A stretch of 63,967 nt of DNA, counting the filler, from Collodictyon triciliatum (taxonomy: Eukaryota), in assembly GCA_043381765.1 (NCBI GenBank). It is 5 parts of 5 records of this genome, joined end to end, with 100 filler letters (N's around TTAATTAATTAA, not from the genome) between each part and the next. Parts side by side here need not be neighbours in the genome. Positions count along the whole stretch, not along the records: positions 58,027 to 63,967 come from JBHJMP010001947.1; 4 more parts are not named here. The stretch is one strand, 5' to 3'. The notes under the pieces are model-generated. The model saw only the letters and a list, made by a program, of their open reading frames with translations. It was not told the origin of the DNA and searched no databases. Position 1 is the stretch's first letter. Each line of letters opens with the position of its first letter. Position numbers and translations under genes: made by a program. Of the stretch, positions 60,831 to 63,967 are shown one piece after another.

Positions 60831-62357
60831 ATGGGTGATGCGGTGGCTCTGCTGGGCATTCAGGATTCCTCGCAGTTTCACGTCTGGTTTCCTCTGCTTC
60901 AGCGCCACTCGATTCCTGCTGTTGCTCTCGATCTTTCAGCGCAGTTTCTCGAGTATCTCAACACAGACGGCGTTTTTCTTCCGAGAATGGCTCGGCCTGA
61001 TGAGTCGTATGGTTCGGTGGACTCTGCGCAACAACCTGAAAGTCCCCCGCGTGAGTGCGATGCAGACGACGTTGAGATCCCCGCATACTATTTCCCGACC
61101 TTGGAAGGCCAGATCGCCTCTGTTTTGCGACACTTTCAGGGCCCGGTTTTCCCTAAGCTCAACTGGAGCGCTCCTACGGTATTGTTCTTTCGTTTTATTT
61201 TTATTTTTATTTTTATTTTCATTATTATTACTATGGTTACTATGATTATGAATATGATTATGAACATGAATATGAATATGATTATAATTACAATTACAAT
61301 ATGATTATTATTATTATTACTATTATTATTACTATTATTATTACTATTATTATTACTATTATTATTACTATTATTATTACTATTATTATTACTATTATTA
61401 TTACTATTACTATCAATTGAGTTATTTTTCCTTTATATATCATTTCATTGTGGATGAATAACTTTGCTGTCTTTTCCCTATTTTGTTTTAGTTAAACAGG
61501 GGCTGTATTTTTGCTCGTTTTTATGCTTGTTTTTTTTTAAAAAAAAAATGATTCAACATAATTTGCCCAGGATGCAGCTTGGATGTCTCCCACAGGTACA
61601 GTTAGCTGTGCCACTCCTAGCGACGTATTTCTTCTTCTGAAAAGCTCGACTAAGATAGCTGTTGATGTCGGAAAAAGGTATACTTATGCTTCTCTGGCCT
61701 ATCTTCGGCAGAGGGGCATCTTATATTAGTGGTATTGATCATGTTGCACTCTCAGAATCCAATTTCCTTTCGATGGGTCTCCTATTTTTCTCATTAGGTT
61801 ATTTGTACTGACTATTTAGCCCCGAAAAATGTGTCTTGGTTCTCAAAAAATGGGTAGAGTTGAATCCTTCCATGGAGTTTCGATGCATAGTGAAAGATTC
61901 CTATTTACTGGGTAAGTTAAGGCTTTTTGTGAGATTTCCACAAAGTGTGCCAACTAATCGAATTATGTACTGTCTCAGGTGTCTCGCAACGACACTGTGA
62001 TGCCCATCACGAATTTTTGGTAGCTGAGATGAAAGCAATAGTGAAAAGAATCACAGAGTTTTATCACAGTTTCATTCGGGGTGTATATCCAGATAATTCA
62101 TGTAATTGCTTTTTAGCATATCATTTCCGATATAATAGTGACCATACCATGTTTGCATGTCTTATTAAATTCTTTATTTTTAAAATATAACAAAAAAAAC
62201 AGATTATTTTGATTCATTTTACAAAGTTTGTTTTAGTTGTTTTCGATATTTGTCTGTGTGATTCGAGAGACTACGTGATAGATTTTTCAAATTATAATGA
62301 AAGTGTGGATTTTGGTTTGTTTTCTTGGGAAGATATTCAATCACTCGAGGTAAAAAA

Positions 62358-62388
<31 letters not shown>

Positions 62389-62894
62389 AAGTTTCATTAT
62401 TTTTTTTTACTTACTCTGTCACTAAATATATTTTCTGCAAGCAATAAACACCACCTTCTCCTTTTGTGGTATACACAAAGAATATATTGCAAAATATGAC
62501 GATATAATTTTTTCTTACCAGTTCATTTTGGATAGAGAAGTGCATGTGTTTCACTTACCTTTTTTTTCTTTTAAACAATTTTTTAAAAGAATATATCATA
62601 ATTGAGGTTCTGAGCGACCCTTCTGGATTGGGTTCTGTCGAATCAAGAGGTGACTCTGATAGTAAAGGTATCGTGTATGCCTGGGATGAGTTTGATGAAC
62701 ACTGGGTTGATTATCGTGTCGTTAATTTGGCTATTGGCGTGCAACCCAAGCAGTCCAGTTCGGATGGTATACCGCAGGAGCTGCGTGAAACATCATGGGC
62801 AGAACTCTTGCAGCGCTCTCAACATTTGTTTAGTCCTGGAAACAGAAATGATCGAGAATCTGATTCAGAAGATGAGAAATCATCAACCGGCTAA
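60831..62894 (+). CDS. CDC123: Cell division cycle protein 123 (D123; eIF2 assembly factor)
   Basis: QFHVWFP, FLEYLNTDGVFLP, VFPKLNWSAPTDAAWM, PSDVFLLLKSS, LVLKKWVELNPSMEFRC, GVSQR and LFSWEDI. Confidence 0.92.
61303..61413. repeat. (TAT/TAC)n microsatellite with a 12-bp higher-order unit TATTATTATTAC, intronic
   Basis: Directly visible. Confidence 0.9.
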
Positions 62895-63816
62895 CAACCG
62901 CACAACATTTCGGAACAAATAAAATAAATAGTCGATGCAAACAACCGTCCGAACAGATATTTGGGTGTCTAATTCCATGGAATTCTCTTAGTCTTTCGCG
63001 TTTATTGATGAAGATGTGTTTGCATAAAGTATGTGTCGATAACAGAGAATCAGGCAGGATATCTGGTTCGAGACGTCTTTGGTTCGTGAGGTGGTATTTT
63101 ATTCAGTGTCACAAAAGTGAAATAAATGAAAAGAGAAGAGAAGATAAGATAAGCAGACAACGCCAGTAATGTGTTGAGATTGTCTTAGACATCTAAGCAA
63201 CACAATTTCCTTCTCTCTAGAACAATAAGAAAACCCAATTCAAGTATCTGGGGCGCTCTATATTGATAATCTAAATATGTCAAAATCATGATTACGCATT
63301 TGATTCAGCAGAATGTATATATCCCGGATCCAATTTTTTTTTAGGCGTATCGGCAACATCTACAGAAAAAAATATAAAGAAATGCAAATAAAAGATGCAA
63401 TACTGACAAGCTTTGGAACATTTTTATGTGAATTGTTTGGACGTCCACACAAAATACACTATTTGAATAGTTGTTAAGCACTCTCTATTAGTAGCCATAT
63501 TTATGCTGGAATCATAACAAAGTAAAAGCCCATCAATATTGTTCACAGGCTTGGGCACTTGCATCTCCTTTTGATTCAGTAAAACTAGATTCGTCCATTG
63601 ATACCAACGAACTGCCGCTGAATAATGGTTCTGTACACAGCATTGATACACAAAATATCTAAAATATTAATGTAATAAAAGATGATAGTTAAAACAGTAA
63701 CAGAAGGAAAGGAGTCGAATAGAGAAATATGTCGGTAAATAAATTGAGGAGTGAGATGATTGTCGATTATATCCAGAATGACAGAGCGAGTTTTCACAGC
63801 AGGAGGCTATCTCACC

Positions 63817-63885
63817 CTATTACATGCAACATCCAGTATCTCAAGGTTAACGAGCTGCGTTATGCATTTAGGGATGTTTGTGAGC
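63817..63885 (-). CDS. Exon of a leucine-rich-repeat protein; the gene extends beyond the window
   Basis: tag|LTNIPKCITQLVNLEILDVACNR|gtgaga is one LRR unit with canonical splice sites. Downstream exons were not resolved. Confidence 0.6.
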
Positions 63886-63967
63886 TAATACATAGATGAG
63901 GATGTCAGTCGCTCTTGTTTTTTCTTCTTTGCTTCTCCCCGATCTACACCCGCCGCTACCACCCCTC

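Overview
This is eukaryotic nuclear DNA from a gene-dense, intron-rich microbial eukaryote; the taxon cannot be determined from this window. It uses the standard code and mostly 60-400 nt GT-AG introns, many filled with microsatellites. The window is a scaffold of several contigs, with four artificial NNN-TTAATTAATTAA-NNN linkers and several plain N gaps. I hand-spliced about 15 protein genes: RhoGAP; a ~1066-aa winged-helix + Swi5 protein; RRP8; an intronless multipass membrane protein; a polyQ protein; a class I cyclic-nucleotide phosphodiesterase; an alpha/beta hydrolase; an NHL-repeat protein; a fused YeeE/YedE sulfur transporter; a CNT/SLC28 nucleoside transporter; a phospholipase B1-like SGNH lipase; an ankyrin + giant coiled-coil protein; THOC3; CDC123; and a partial LRR gene. 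There is also a tRNA-Val with the unusual GAC anticodon and a decayed LRR-kinase pseudogene. The most striking unannotated structure is a dense set of tiny (about 20-80 bp) poly(A)-tailed insertions, each bracketed by a 13-18 bp target-site duplication, in two sequence families. Family A matches the 3' UTR of an L1/Tx1-like LINE whose ORF2 C-terminus lies in the window; a LINE ORF1/ORF2 junction is also present. Exon boundaries are manual and approximate. Family assignments come from motif recognition, not database searches.
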